From the NCBI GenBank assembly GCA_039180995.1, contig JBCDCW010000001.1, forward strand, positions 1-49,780: DNA of 49,780 bases, in the 5' to 3' direction. The stretch is from Pseudomonadota bacterium. Its GTDB lineage: Bacteria; Pseudomonadota; Alphaproteobacteria; Rhodobacterales; Rhodobacteraceae. Below are positions 22,357-30,726 of this stretch, piece after piece. Positions within the stretch are counted from its first letter, which is position 1. Every line of letters begins with the position of its first letter. The position numbers and the translations under genes were made by a program. Under the pieces are notes generated by a model. That model saw only the letters and a program-made list of their open reading frames with translations. It searched no databases and was not told the origin of the DNA.

Positions 22357-22368
22357 GCGCGTTGGCAG

Positions 22369-22935
22369 TTAGGGTCGGCGGAGAAGGTGAGACAGAAGGT
22401 GGGCATAGCCTGTTGCGTCGTCGACCGCCCGGTGGGTGTGCGGCTGGCCGCCCAGCCAGCGGAGATCGTAGTTTTCCGGCGCGCATTGCCGCAGCGGCCA
22501 TCCCAGCCGCCCCGCGGCGAAGGATCTGAGACACAGGCACCCGTCGTGGAAAAGCCGCTCACCCCGCCAAGGCCCCTTGAGAAGGCGGATTCCCGTGAAC
22601 CGACGCAGATAATAGTCGAGCCACGGCCCATCCATCGCCAACGGATGCGCCGTGAAAACCGGTTCGGCTTGGAACGCCCGAACCCAGGCGACGTAATCCC
22701 GCAAGACGGTGGCCGGGTCCCGCGCGCCGTCCGTGACCGATTGCCAAACGGCCGGTTGCCCGCGCAGCCAGGCCAAGGTGAGTGGGTCTGCTATGGCCTC
22801 GGGCAGCGGAGTCAGGGTGGCGTTAAAGTGGTCTACGACGGTCCCATCGGGGTCCACGGCAACCGAGGCGAAGGACAGCATCGAGTTCTCGCCGGGGATT
22901 GGGCCGTCGCATTCGATATCGGTGACGATGAACAT
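22369..22935 (-). CDS. DEDDh 3'-5' exonuclease (Rv2179c/RNase AS-like)
   Basis: MFIVTDIECDGPIPGENSMLSFA (Exo I DxE) and C-terminal HTHRAVDDA (Exo III H-x4-D). Confidence 0.82.
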   Translation of the reverse strand: MFIVTDIECDGPIPGENSMLSFASVAVDPDGTVVDHFNATLTPLPEAIADPLTLAWLRGQPAVWQSVTDGARDPATVLRDYVAWVRAFQAEPVFTAHPLAMDGPWLDYYLRRFTGIRLLKGPWRGERLFHDGCLCLRSFAAGRLGWPLRQCAPENYDLRWLGGQPHTHRAVDDATGYAHLLSHLLRRP

Positions 22936-23045
22936 GCGGGCAACGATAGGATGGGGCGCCTTGCAAGGCAAAGAGCTGCGTCGGCGGGCGGTGCCCATAG
23001 CCGTGACAAGCTGGTGTTCGACTGATTGCCGATGGTGGCCTCGGA

Positions 23046-23579
23046 TCAGAGAAAGCCGCCATCGTCGCCCGCGCCGATCCGATGCAACCCGACGGCCAGC
23101 GTGGACATCAGAAGCTGGCGGCTGGCGCGGGCCTGCGGCGGTTCGGGCTTGGAGCTGGGCGTGTGGGAGACCAGGACGACCAGCGTGCGGTTGTCGGAGT
23201 CGGGCCGCGCGAAGGTCATGGCGTCGAATTGGTGGTAGCCGATATCGGCCAGCGCATCGTTCATAGCCTGGCCCTTCAGGTTCTCGGCCGCCGCGGGCCA
23301 GAGCGGGCCTGTCTGCAATCGCATTTCGCGCTGGCCCGCGATGGCGCCCAGCAGCAGCGGGTCGACGGCGTGAAACCCTTCGGTCGCGTAGGTGTAGAGC
23401 CAGGTTTCGTACATCGAGCTTTTCGCCCAGAGCGGGCCATAGCGCGGCGAGATTTCCGCCAGGCTGAGCGCGGCGTAGCCCGCCGTCTCGACCAGAGAGA
23501 TCGCGGCGGGCCAAAGGGCTTCGAGGCAGTCGGCCTCGACCAAGTGGGTCATGGGACCGGTCAGGTCACGGCGGAACAT
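23046..23579 (-). CDS. Stand-alone LuxR-type autoinducer-binding domain protein (no HTH)
   Basis: TWLYTYATEGFHAVDP matches the W-x3-Y-x8-DP signature. The ORF ends at 177 aa with no DNA-binding domain. Confidence 0.62.
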   Translation of the reverse strand: MFRRDLTGPMTHLVEADCLEALWPAAISLVETAGYAALSLAEISPRYGPLWAKSSMYETWLYTYATEGFHAVDPLLLGAIAGQREMRLQTGPLWPAAAENLKGQAMNDALADIGYHQFDAMTFARPDSDNRTLVVLVSHTPSSKPEPPQARASRQLLMSTLAVGLHRIGAGDDGGFL

Positions 23580-23642
23580 GGGGCGCGTCCTTGGGCGGCG
23601 GGGTGTCAGCCGTCAGGGTAGGGCGCAAGTGCTAAGAAACGG

Positions 23643-23675
23643 AAAACGGCCACCGCCCTGGGGGCGATGGCCGTT
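23643..23675 (-). terminator. Intrinsic terminator after rpsD
   Basis: Stem aacggccaccgccc / gggcgatggccgtt, with an A-run on + (U-tract on -). Confidence 0.8.
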
Positions 23676-23697
23676 CAAGTCGTCCGAGGAAAGGGCC

Positions 23698-24318
23698 TTA
23701 GTTCTGGGCGTAATATTCGATGACCAGGTTCGGCTCCATCATCACCGGATAGGGCACGTCGCCCAGGCCCGGGGTGCGCACGAAGCTGGCGGTCATCTTG
23801 GAATGGTCGGCCTCGATGTAATCGGGCACGTCGCGTTCGGCCAATTGCACCGATTCCAGCACCACCGCCAATTGCTTGGACTTGTCGCGGACCGAGATCA
23901 CGTCGCCTTCCTTCACGCGGTAGGATGGAATGTTCACGCGCTTGCCATTCACCTCGACATGGCCGTGGTTCACGAATTGCCGGGCGGCAAAGACGGTGGG
24001 CACGAACTTGGCGCGGTAGACGACGGCGTCCAGCCGACGCTCCAGCAGGCCGATGAGGTTCTCACCGGTGTCGCCCTTGACCCGCGCGGCTTCGGCATAG
24101 ATGCGCTTGAACTGCTTTTCGGTCAGGTCGCCGTAATAGCCCTTCAGCTTCTGCTTGGCGCGCAGCTGGAGGCCGAAATCGGACATCTTGCCCTTTCGGC
24201 GCTGGCCGTGCTGGCCCGGGCCGTATTCGCGGCGGTTCACCGGGCTCTTGGCGCGGCCCCAGATGTTTTCGCCCATGCGGCGGTCGATCTTGTACTTGGC
24301 AGAGGTGCGTTTGGTCAC
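23698..24318 (-). CDS. rpsD: 30S ribosomal protein S4
   Basis: GTG start (V/M)[45 protein letters not shown] and [18 protein letters not shown]. Confidence 0.98.
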   Translation of the reverse strand: MTKRTSAKYKIDRRMGENIWGRAKSPVNRREYGPGQHGQRRKGKMSDFGLQLRAKQKLKGYYGDLTEKQFKRIYAEAARVKGDTGENLIGLLERRLDAVVYRAKFVPTVFAARQFVNHGHVEVNGKRVNIPSYRVKEGDVISVRDKSKQLAVVLESVQLAERDVPDYIEADHSKMTASFVRTPGLGDVPYPVMMEPNLVIEYYAQN

Positions 24319-24494
24319 CGTCTGATCTCCTTCGTCTTTCTTGGCCTCCTCAACTTTCCTCGCCGCCAAAGCGGCTTGGGTCGAGAAGCGCGATGAAGGG
24401 CGTTGTCCTCTGGTCCGAAAACCCGACAGGCTTCCCCTTGCGGGGGCCACCAACACCAATGGAAGCCGCGTGTTAGTCGCGGGCCGGGGGCCTG

Positions 24495-25532
24495 TCAAGC
24501 AAGGTAGCGGGGCGCCCCGTCATGGCGCAAGATCGCCAGCTCGGCCGGGCTGAGACACCGGCGGGCATGGGGGCCATAGGCGGCCTGTGGCGCGGCCTCG
24601 TGCAGCTCCTCCAATTCGACCGGATTCAGATGGGTCAGGTCGGCATCGTCTGGATGGAAGCTCTCGACCCAGACGCCGTTGGCCCGGATCACCTGGTGGC
24701 GGGACAGCAGGATGTGGATATAGGTCGTCTCTGTCGCGCGATGGTCGCGCATCACGCGGGTATCGTCGATTAGGTCGCGGGCGCGGATCAGGGCCTCGTC
24801 GGTGTCCCAGAGTGCGCGCAAACGCGGATCGGTCAGCAGCACCTGATGACCGGGCGATACCAGCAGATCGGGCTCGGGGCGGTCGCCGCCCAAGGCGCCC
24901 GCGCGAATGCGCACCGGGCGCAGGTCGGGTTGCGCGTAAAGCCGCGCGCCGGAGATGTGGCGCAGACCCATCCACAGGATTTCCTGCGCGCCGTCGTCGC
25001 GGGTTTCGACCCGGTCGCCGGGATAGAGGACGTCGATGGGATGCCGCCCATCGGGGGTGTCGATCATGGTTCCGGGCGTGAAGCAGATCGTCTGCTGGGA
25101 GTTGCGCGGCGGGGGCAGGAGAGGGGCTTGCTCGATGATCAACTCGCGATTGGCGGGCGGCAGGTCGGTATCGAATGCCAGGAGCATTTCGCCCGTCGCG
25201 GCCATCAGCGCGGTGGCGTGCCAGCGACCCGTGCCGTCGCTTAAGATCAGCGTGTCTGTGCGGTCGGCCTCGGCGGATTGGCGAAGTTCGGGCCGAACCG
25301 CCCGGGCGCGGCACAATTTGGCAACGCCATTCGGGGCGTGTCGGCGCAATTCGCTTAGCCCTATCGCGGGATCCAGCAGCAGCGCGTCCCGCGCGCCGTC
25401 CAACCGCAACGGGGTGCCGAACCACCGAAACATTGAGCCTTTGGAAAATGAAAGACGGGTGGACGGCATCTCCCCATCCACCCGTGTCTGGACCGCTGAG
25501 ATTATGTGTGCAAATGCACCGTTCCCCAACAT
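24495..25532 (-). CDS. Hint-domain (Hint_2/BIL-like) protein
   Basis: [34 protein letters not shown] and [24 protein letters not shown]. Start ATG 25532 is uncertain. Confidence 0.88.
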   Translation of the reverse strand: MLGNGAFAHIISAVQTRVDGEMPSTRLSFSKGSMFRWFGTPLRLDGARDALLLDPAIGLSELRRHAPNGVAKLCRARAVRPELRQSAEADRTDTLILSDGTGRWHATALMAATGEMLLAFDTDLPPANRELIIEQAPLLPPPRNSQQTICFTPGTMIDTPDGRHPIDVLYPGDRVETRDDGAQEILWMGLRHISGARLYAQPDLRPVRIRAGALGGDRPEPDLLVSPGHQVLLTDPRLRALWDTDEALIRARDLIDDTRVMRDHRATETTYIHILLSRHQVIRANGVWVESFHPDDADLTHLNPVELEELHEAAPQAAYGPHARRCLSPAELAILRHDGAPRYLA

Positions 25533-25682
25533 GCCTGCCCCGATCTTTGCCGGTTTTCTTATTGTTCCCCAGTCACTGCCCGACCGTTGCATATCTGTTA
25601 ACAGACGACCGAATCACTCGTCAAACACTGATTCGCGTTTGAATCATCTTTTTTCAAATTCCCGATTTCGGTTGGATTTCGC

Positions 25683-26213
25683 TTACGGAGCGCTAAGCAA
25701 TTGCGACGTGTCATAGCCGTTGAAGTCCAGAACGCTGCGCGCGGCCCGCAGGCGGTCGGCCGGGATCTCGGGCTCGCGGTTCAGGATCCAGCCCGCGCGC
25801 CCGTCCGGTTGGCCCACCACTGCGGTCCGGTAGCCCTCGTCCACCCAGAGAACCCAATAGGGGGCGACCAACGGCACGCCCTCCAACCGGACATCCAGAC
25901 GTCCGGGGCCGGTCAGCGTACCGCTGCCGGTGATCTGGCGAATGGGCTGGTCGGCCTCGTCCAGGCAGATGTTCCTGATGCTGATCCGGCCGCGATCGGG
26001 CGCGCCGTATTCGGCGATGGCCCCCGCGCAATCGGCCTGGAACGGGACGGGAAAGCGAGCGATTTCATACCAGCGGCCGGCATAGCGGGCCGGGTCGAAA
26101 TCGGCTTTCGACGCGATCGGGATCGTTTGATCTCGGTAGGATGGGAGTAGCGGCGCCACCACGGCGGTTGTGCAACCCACAAGGACCAGGGTGGCAAGCG
26201 GAGCCCATTTCAT
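25683..26213 (-). CDS. blc: Lipocalin-family lipoprotein
   Basis: Lipobox LVGC, YAGRWYEIARF, YWVLWVD and WILNREP. Confidence 0.9.
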   Translation of the reverse strand: MKWAPLATLVLVGCTTAVVAPLLPSYRDQTIPIASKADFDPARYAGRWYEIARFPVPFQADCAGAIAEYGAPDRGRISIRNICLDEADQPIRQITGSGTLTGPGRLDVRLEGVPLVAPYWVLWVDEGYRTAVVGQPDGRAGWILNREPEIPADRLRAARSVLDFNGYDTSQLLSAP

Positions 26214-26875
26214 CGCGGCATCGGAATTTCGACCATGGGCTGACCGGCCAGGATGGCGCGGGCATCCGCCGCCATCAGCTGGGTCAACGCGGGGTCGTGG
26301 GATCGCAGGCCACCGGTATAGGTGCCATAGGCCGGCATGATGAGACGCCGCGCATCGCGCAGGAAACAGGGGCGCGAGATGCGGCGACCCTTCACCTGCA
26401 ACGCGGCCTTGGGGTGGTAATGGCCCGAAACCTCGTCTTCGCCGTCATCGGAGGCGATGTGCCGGAATGTGATAGACTCGCAAGTTACGCTCTCGGCCGC
26501 GTGGCCGCCCAGACCCGTGGGCGCCGGGTCGTGGTTGCCGGTGATCCAGGTCCAGTCGCGGCCCCGCATCAGACGGCCGAGCCAGTCGCGCAACTCCGCC
26601 GGGATGGCGGCGGCGGCCGACATGTCATCGAAGCTATCGCCCAGCGAGATCACGATGGCCGGGTCGGTGGCGACCAGATCGGCCTCCAGCCGGGTCAGGG
26701 TGTCCTGCGTCTCGTAGGGCGGCAAAAGCGGGCCGCCGCGCCGCGCCAGACGCTCCGACTTGCCCAGATGCAGGTCGCTGACCACCAGCAGATCGGCCTC
26801 GGGCCAATGCAGCGCGCCCGAGGGCAAGGCGGTCAGGCATTCGCCTGCGAACGTGAAGGTCAAGGCGTTCCCCAT
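26210..26875 (-). CDS. pdeM: Ligase-associated DNA damage response metallophosphoesterase/endonuclease
   Basis: SDLHLGKS, LPPYET, LGDSFDD, GNHD and SGHYHPK. Adjacent to the Lhr-core helicase. Confidence 0.92.
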   Translation of the reverse strand: MGNALTFTFAGECLTALPSGALHWPEADLLVVSDLHLGKSERLARRGGPLLPPYETQDTLTRLEADLVATDPAIVISLGDSFDDMSAAAAIPAELRDWLGRLMRGRDWTWITGNHDPAPTGLGGHAAESVTCESITFRHIASDDGEDEVSGHYHPKAALQVKGRRISRPCFLRDARRLIMPAYGTYTGGLRSHDPALTQLMAADARAILAGQPMVEIPMPR

Positions 26876-26963
26876 GCGTTCGGGTGAATCACGGGCCGGG
26901 GTCAGAGGCAAGGGTGGATCTCGGGCCGATATCGGGCGGCGGGGCGAACCGGCGCGGGGCCGG

Positions 26964-29369
26964 TCATGCTAGGTTCAACCCGGCTTCGGCCATCAATTGC
27001 GCGGCCTCGTCCTGGATCAACCGGCCCTCGCCCGTGCCCTTGATCGGCACCTTGCCCAGTTCCAGGAACAGTGGTGCGGCCAGCGGTGTGACGCGGTCCA
27101 GGTTCACCTGGTCGATCCGGTCCTCGACGGTTTCCAGCAGCAATTCGACCCGACCGAAGTCGATATGGCCGCGCATGGCCTCCTCCTCGGTGATCTTCAG
27201 CATCAGGTGGTCGGGGTCGTACCGGTGGAGCGTGTCATACAGGATGTCGCTGGAAAACGTCGCCTGTCGCCCGCTGGTCCGCTTGCCCGGGAAGTTGCGG
27301 TCGATGAGCCCCGAGATGATGGCCGCGGCCCGGAAGGTCCGCTTCATCACCGCATTGCCCTTCAGCCAGGTGTCCAGCGCGGCATGGATCCCGTCATGGG
27401 CCAGGAACGGCGCCACATCCAGCGCCGGCTTCAGCCCCCAGATCAGGCAGGCGTAATCCGTCGCCACGAAGCCCAGCGGGTCCAGCCCGGCCTCTTCCAT
27501 CCCCTTGGTCAAGAGCAGGGCCAGCGTCTGTTGGGCATTGCGGCCGCAGAAGCCGTAGACGCAGACATGGTGACGGCCGTCGCGGGGGAAGGTCTCGATC
27601 AGCAGGCGGCCGGGCTGGGGCATTCGGGAATATTCGTCCTGCAATTCCAGCCAATGGCGCGTGTGGTCGGGCAGATCGTCGAAGCGGCGTTCGTGCAGCA
27701 TGGTCTGGATACGCTCGGCCAAGTGCACCGAGGTGGCCCATTTGTAGCCCATGAAGGTGGCGATCCGCGGCTCCTTGTTGGGACGAGGCGAGACCTCGAC
27801 CGTCATCTCGCGCATGTTCTCGAAGCGCACGACCTGGCCACCCATCAGAAACGTATCGCCAGGCGACAGGGTGGCCGCGAACCCCTCCTCGATCTCGCCC
27901 AGGGGCTGGCCGCCGCGACCCTTGAAGCGGACCTTGAGCGTGTCGGTGTCGATGATCGTGCCCAGGTTCATGCGGATCTGGCGGGCCGCCCGCGGGTCCC
28001 GCAGGCCCCAGATACCCGGCGCGCGCTCCATCAATCGCTGGTACCGGTCATAGGCCCGCAGGGCATAGCCGCCGGTGGCCACGAAGGTCAGGCATTCGTC
28101 GAATTCGGCGCGGCTGAGCGCGGAATAGGGGCCAACCGACGTCACCTCTCGATAGAGCGTGTCGGCCTCGAAATCCCCTGCGCAAGCAATGCAGGCAATG
28201 TGCTGGCACAGCACGTCGCGCGGCCCGTCCAGCCGCAGATCGCCATCCAGCTGCCCGTCGCGAACCGCGTCCAACGCGGCATGGCATTCCAGCACTTCGA
28301 ACCGGTTGGCGGGCACAAGGCGCGCCTTGGACGGGGCGTTGTAGCGGTGATTGGCCCGCCCGATGCGCTGGACCAGGTTCTTGACCTTCTTCGGCGCGCC
28401 GATCTGGATGACTAGGTCCACGTCCCCCCAGTCAATGCCGAGGTCGAGCGAGCCGGTGGCCACGATGGCCTTGAGTTGCCCCGCGACCATGGCCTGTTCG
28501 ACCTTGATGCGGGCTTCCTTCGACAGGGCGCCGTGGTGGATGCCGATGGGCAGGTCGTCTTCATTGGCGAGCCAGAGATGGTGAAAGAAGATCTCCGCTT
28601 GGGCGCGGGTGTTGTGGAAGATCAGTGTGGTGTTGTGCCGGCGCACCTGCGCCAGCACGTCGGGAATGGCATAGCGCCCGCCGGCCCCGGCCCAGGGGGG
28701 CGCGTCGGTCGTGTCCAGAATGGCGATATCGGGGGCGGGTCCGGGATCCGCATGGAGGATTGGGCAGGGATCGGGATGACGCGCGATGTAATGGGCGATC
28801 ACCCCAGGGTCGTCGACCGTGGCTGACAGCCCCACCCGCCGCAGGCCCGGCGCGATCGTCTGCAGCCGGGACAGAGCGAGCATCAGCTGATCGCCGCGCT
28901 TGCTGTCGGCCAGGGCATGGATTTCGTCCAGGACGACCCGCTGCAGCCCGGCAAAGGTCCGATGGGCATCCGGGTAGGATACCATCAGAGCCAGGGATTC
29001 CGGCGTGGTCAGCAGGATATGGGGCGGATCGGCCCGCTGCCGTTTGCGCTGGGTCTGGGAGGTGTCGCCGGTGCGGTCCTCGACCCGGATGGGCAGGTCC
29101 GCCTCCTCGATCGGGGTCGATAGATTGCGGCGGATATCGTTGGCCAGCGCCTTGAGGGGGGAGACGTAGAGGGTGTGCAGGCCCTGGTGCTGTCCGTCGG
29201 CCAGTTCCGTCAGCGTCGGCAGAAACCCCGCCAATGTCTTGCCGCCCCCGGTGGGCGCGATGAGCAGCAACGAAGGCTCGCCTTTGCGGGCCAGCATCTC
29301 GGCTTGGTGGGGGTGCAGGGACCAACTACGGGTGGCGAAAAAATTGGTGATGGGGGCGGGCAAGTCCAT
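26964..29369 (-). CDS. Ligase-associated DNA damage response DEXH-box helicase (Lhr-core)
   Basis: APTGGGKT, SPLKAL, LTTPESL, DEIH, GLSAT, SLDLGIDWG and QRIGRANH. Confidence 0.93.
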   Translation of the reverse strand: MDLPAPITNFFATRSWSLHPHQAEMLARKGEPSLLLIAPTGGGKTLAGFLPTLTELADGQHQGLHTLYVSPLKALANDIRRNLSTPIEEADLPIRVEDRTGDTSQTQRKRQRADPPHILLTTPESLALMVSYPDAHRTFAGLQRVVLDEIHALADSKRGDQLMLALSRLQTIAPGLRRVGLSATVDDPGVIAHYIARHPDPCPILHADPGPAPDIAILDTTDAPPWAGAGGRYAIPDVLAQVRRHNTTLIFHNTRAQAEIFFHHLWLANEDDLPIGIHHGALSKEARIKVEQAMVAGQLKAIVATGSLDLGIDWGDVDLVIQIGAPKKVKNLVQRIGRANHRYNAPSKARLVPANRFEVLECHAALDAVRDGQLDGDLRLDGPRDVLCQHIACIACAGDFEADTLYREVTSVGPYSALSRAEFDECLTFVATGGYALRAYDRYQRLMERAPGIWGLRDPRAARQIRMNLGTIIDTDTLKVRFKGRGGQPLGEIEEGFAATLSPGDTFLMGGQVVRFENMREMTVEVSPRPNKEPRIATFMGYKWATSVHLAERIQTMLHERRFDDLPDHTRHWLELQDEYSRMPQPGRLLIETFPRDGRHHVCVYGFCGRNAQQTLALLLTKGMEEAGLDPLGFVATDYACLIWGLKPALDVAPFLAHDGIHAALDTWLKGNAVMKRTFRAAAIISGLIDRNFPGKRTSGRQATFSSDILYDTLHRYDPDHLMLKITEEEAMRGHIDFGRVELLLETVEDRIDQVNLDRVTPLAAPLFLELGKVPIKGTGEGRLIQDEAAQLMAEAGLNLA

Positions 29370-29401
29370 ATCGCGCAGGGTAGCCCAGGGTTCGGAAAGA
29401 G

Positions 29402-29429
29402 AAAGGGCGAGCCGCGCGGCCCGCCCTTC
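29402..29429 (-). terminator. Hairpin terminator after the extended pilin gene
   Basis: aagggcg...cgccctt stem with an adjacent purine run on +. Confidence 0.6.
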
Positions 29430-29448
29430 GAGATCGGTTTGGACGGCC

Positions 29449-30066
29449 TTACTCGAACGCGTCGGTTCCGTTCCAGGTCATGCCACGCTGCGCTCCCTCA
29501 TCAGCGAGGAGAGCGGCGCGTTGAACTTCCGCCGTGTTGTCGGTCACAGCTTGAGTGAAGGCTGCCTCGCTGTTGAACGTTTGGGCCGCGATCGTACCGT
29601 CGGCGGCCGTGACGTTTGCTGTCACACCGGCCCCCCAGTTAATTGGGTTCGGGTTGCCATCGGCGTCAGTACCTGCTGCGGTCTGGGCCGCAGAAAGCGC
29701 AGTTCCGAGTTCACCTAGGTTACCTGCGGCTGCCGTGGCTCCGAGCACGGATGTACCGTCGCCATCCAGGGCGGCAACGTACTCGGTTGCAAGTTCATCG
29801 TTCTGAAGTGCGCGAGCGTCGTTCCGCATGCGCTCCACATCTAGCCCAACGGCAGCGAGCGCATCGGTCGCAGAAGTCGCAAATGCGGTCAAGATGATGT
29901 TATCGTTGCGCAGGCTTTCGTCAATGTCGTTCGAGACGTCCTGAACACCGCCGCGTACGACGGTCATGACGGCCAGGCCCAGGCCGACCAGAGCGGCGGT
30001 GAGCACGACCCAGTCGACGGTCACGGCACCGGATTCGTCAGAGAAGAAGGTGGTTTGATCGGTCAT
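29449..30066 (-). CDS. Flp-type pilin with long (~150 aa) C-terminal extension
   Basis: MTDQTTFFSDESG/AVTVDWVVLTAALVGLGLAVM prepilin motif, with AGGA upstream of ATG 30066. Confidence 0.82.
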   Translation of the reverse strand: MTDQTTFFSDESGAVTVDWVVLTAALVGLGLAVMTVVRGGVQDVSNDIDESLRNDNIILTAFATSATDALAAVGLDVERMRNDARALQNDELATEYVAALDGDGTSVLGATAAAGNLGELGTALSAAQTAAGTDADGNPNPINWGAGVTANVTAADGTIAAQTFNSEAAFTQAVTDNTAEVQRAALLADEGAQRGMTWNGTDAFE

Positions 30067-30307
30067 TGGTAACAATCCTAGTTGTATCATCGAGCGCCCG
30101 TGGCTCGTTCCGCCTTTAGATTTGACCGTAGATCTGGGCGGGGATGTGGCGGCGTCGGGACAGTTTTCGAGCAGTGATCCGACCAGTTTGCGGTTAATCC
30201 GCCACATTAGCCGGCATCAGTCCGCAGACGGGCCCATCGCAGTCGGAGCCGCCCTGGCAAACGTCTGTTTTCAAATGGGTATCGCTTTCTGGCTCGACCC
30301 GACCTGA

Positions 30308-30595
30308 TCAGCCGTCGCCGCGCGGATCGGTTACGATTCCGCCGGATATGTCCGCCCGGCTGTCGGTACGAAACGGCGTTCCAGGGCTGGTGTCCGCAGT
30401 CTTGGGGGGTTGGCCGAGAAAGGTGATCTTCCCGAAATCGGCGTCGCTCAGGGCCGCGTGCTGAAGAGCCGGGGCCTGGCGCAGGTCTTCCGCCATCATC
30501 AGGAAGCTGGCGGTCATGCCGAGACCCGCAGCCATCGGAACCGTCAAGGCGACCGATTTGATCAGATGGGTCGCGCGGGAGGTGGCGGTCGGCAT
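30308..30595 (-). CDS. Small single-TM hypothetical protein
   Basis: 95 aa with one hydrophobic segment, downstream of the Tad-associated ATPase. Confidence 0.5.
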   Translation of the reverse strand: MPTATSRATHLIKSVALTVPMAAGLGMTASFLMMAEDLRQAPALQHAALSDADFGKITFLGQPPKTADTSPGTPFRTDSRADISGGIVTDPRGDG

Positions 30596-30623
30596 GGCGT
30601 TATCCCTGGTGCATGGCTGGTCG

Positions 30624-30649
30624 TTAACCATTGTTGACCAAGTCTTAAC
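30624..30649. promoter_or_regulatory. CtrA-like binding site
   Basis: ttaac-cattg-ttgac-caagtc-ttaac. TTGA-N7-TTAAC at 30634-30649 is one mismatch from the CtrA consensus TTAA-N7-TTAAC, with an extra TTAAC half-site. Confidence 0.55.
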
Positions 30650-30726
30650 CATCCATCGGGGCCGGATTGGGGCGGGGCCTGGGCCGGCCGGTGACGTCGG
30701 CGGGGCGTTTCCCCGGCCTTGTCGCC

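Noticed and set aside
24495-25532. Hint domain as a mobile intein
   Set aside because: No C-terminal His-Asn, no homing endonuclease, and not inserted in a conserved host protein.
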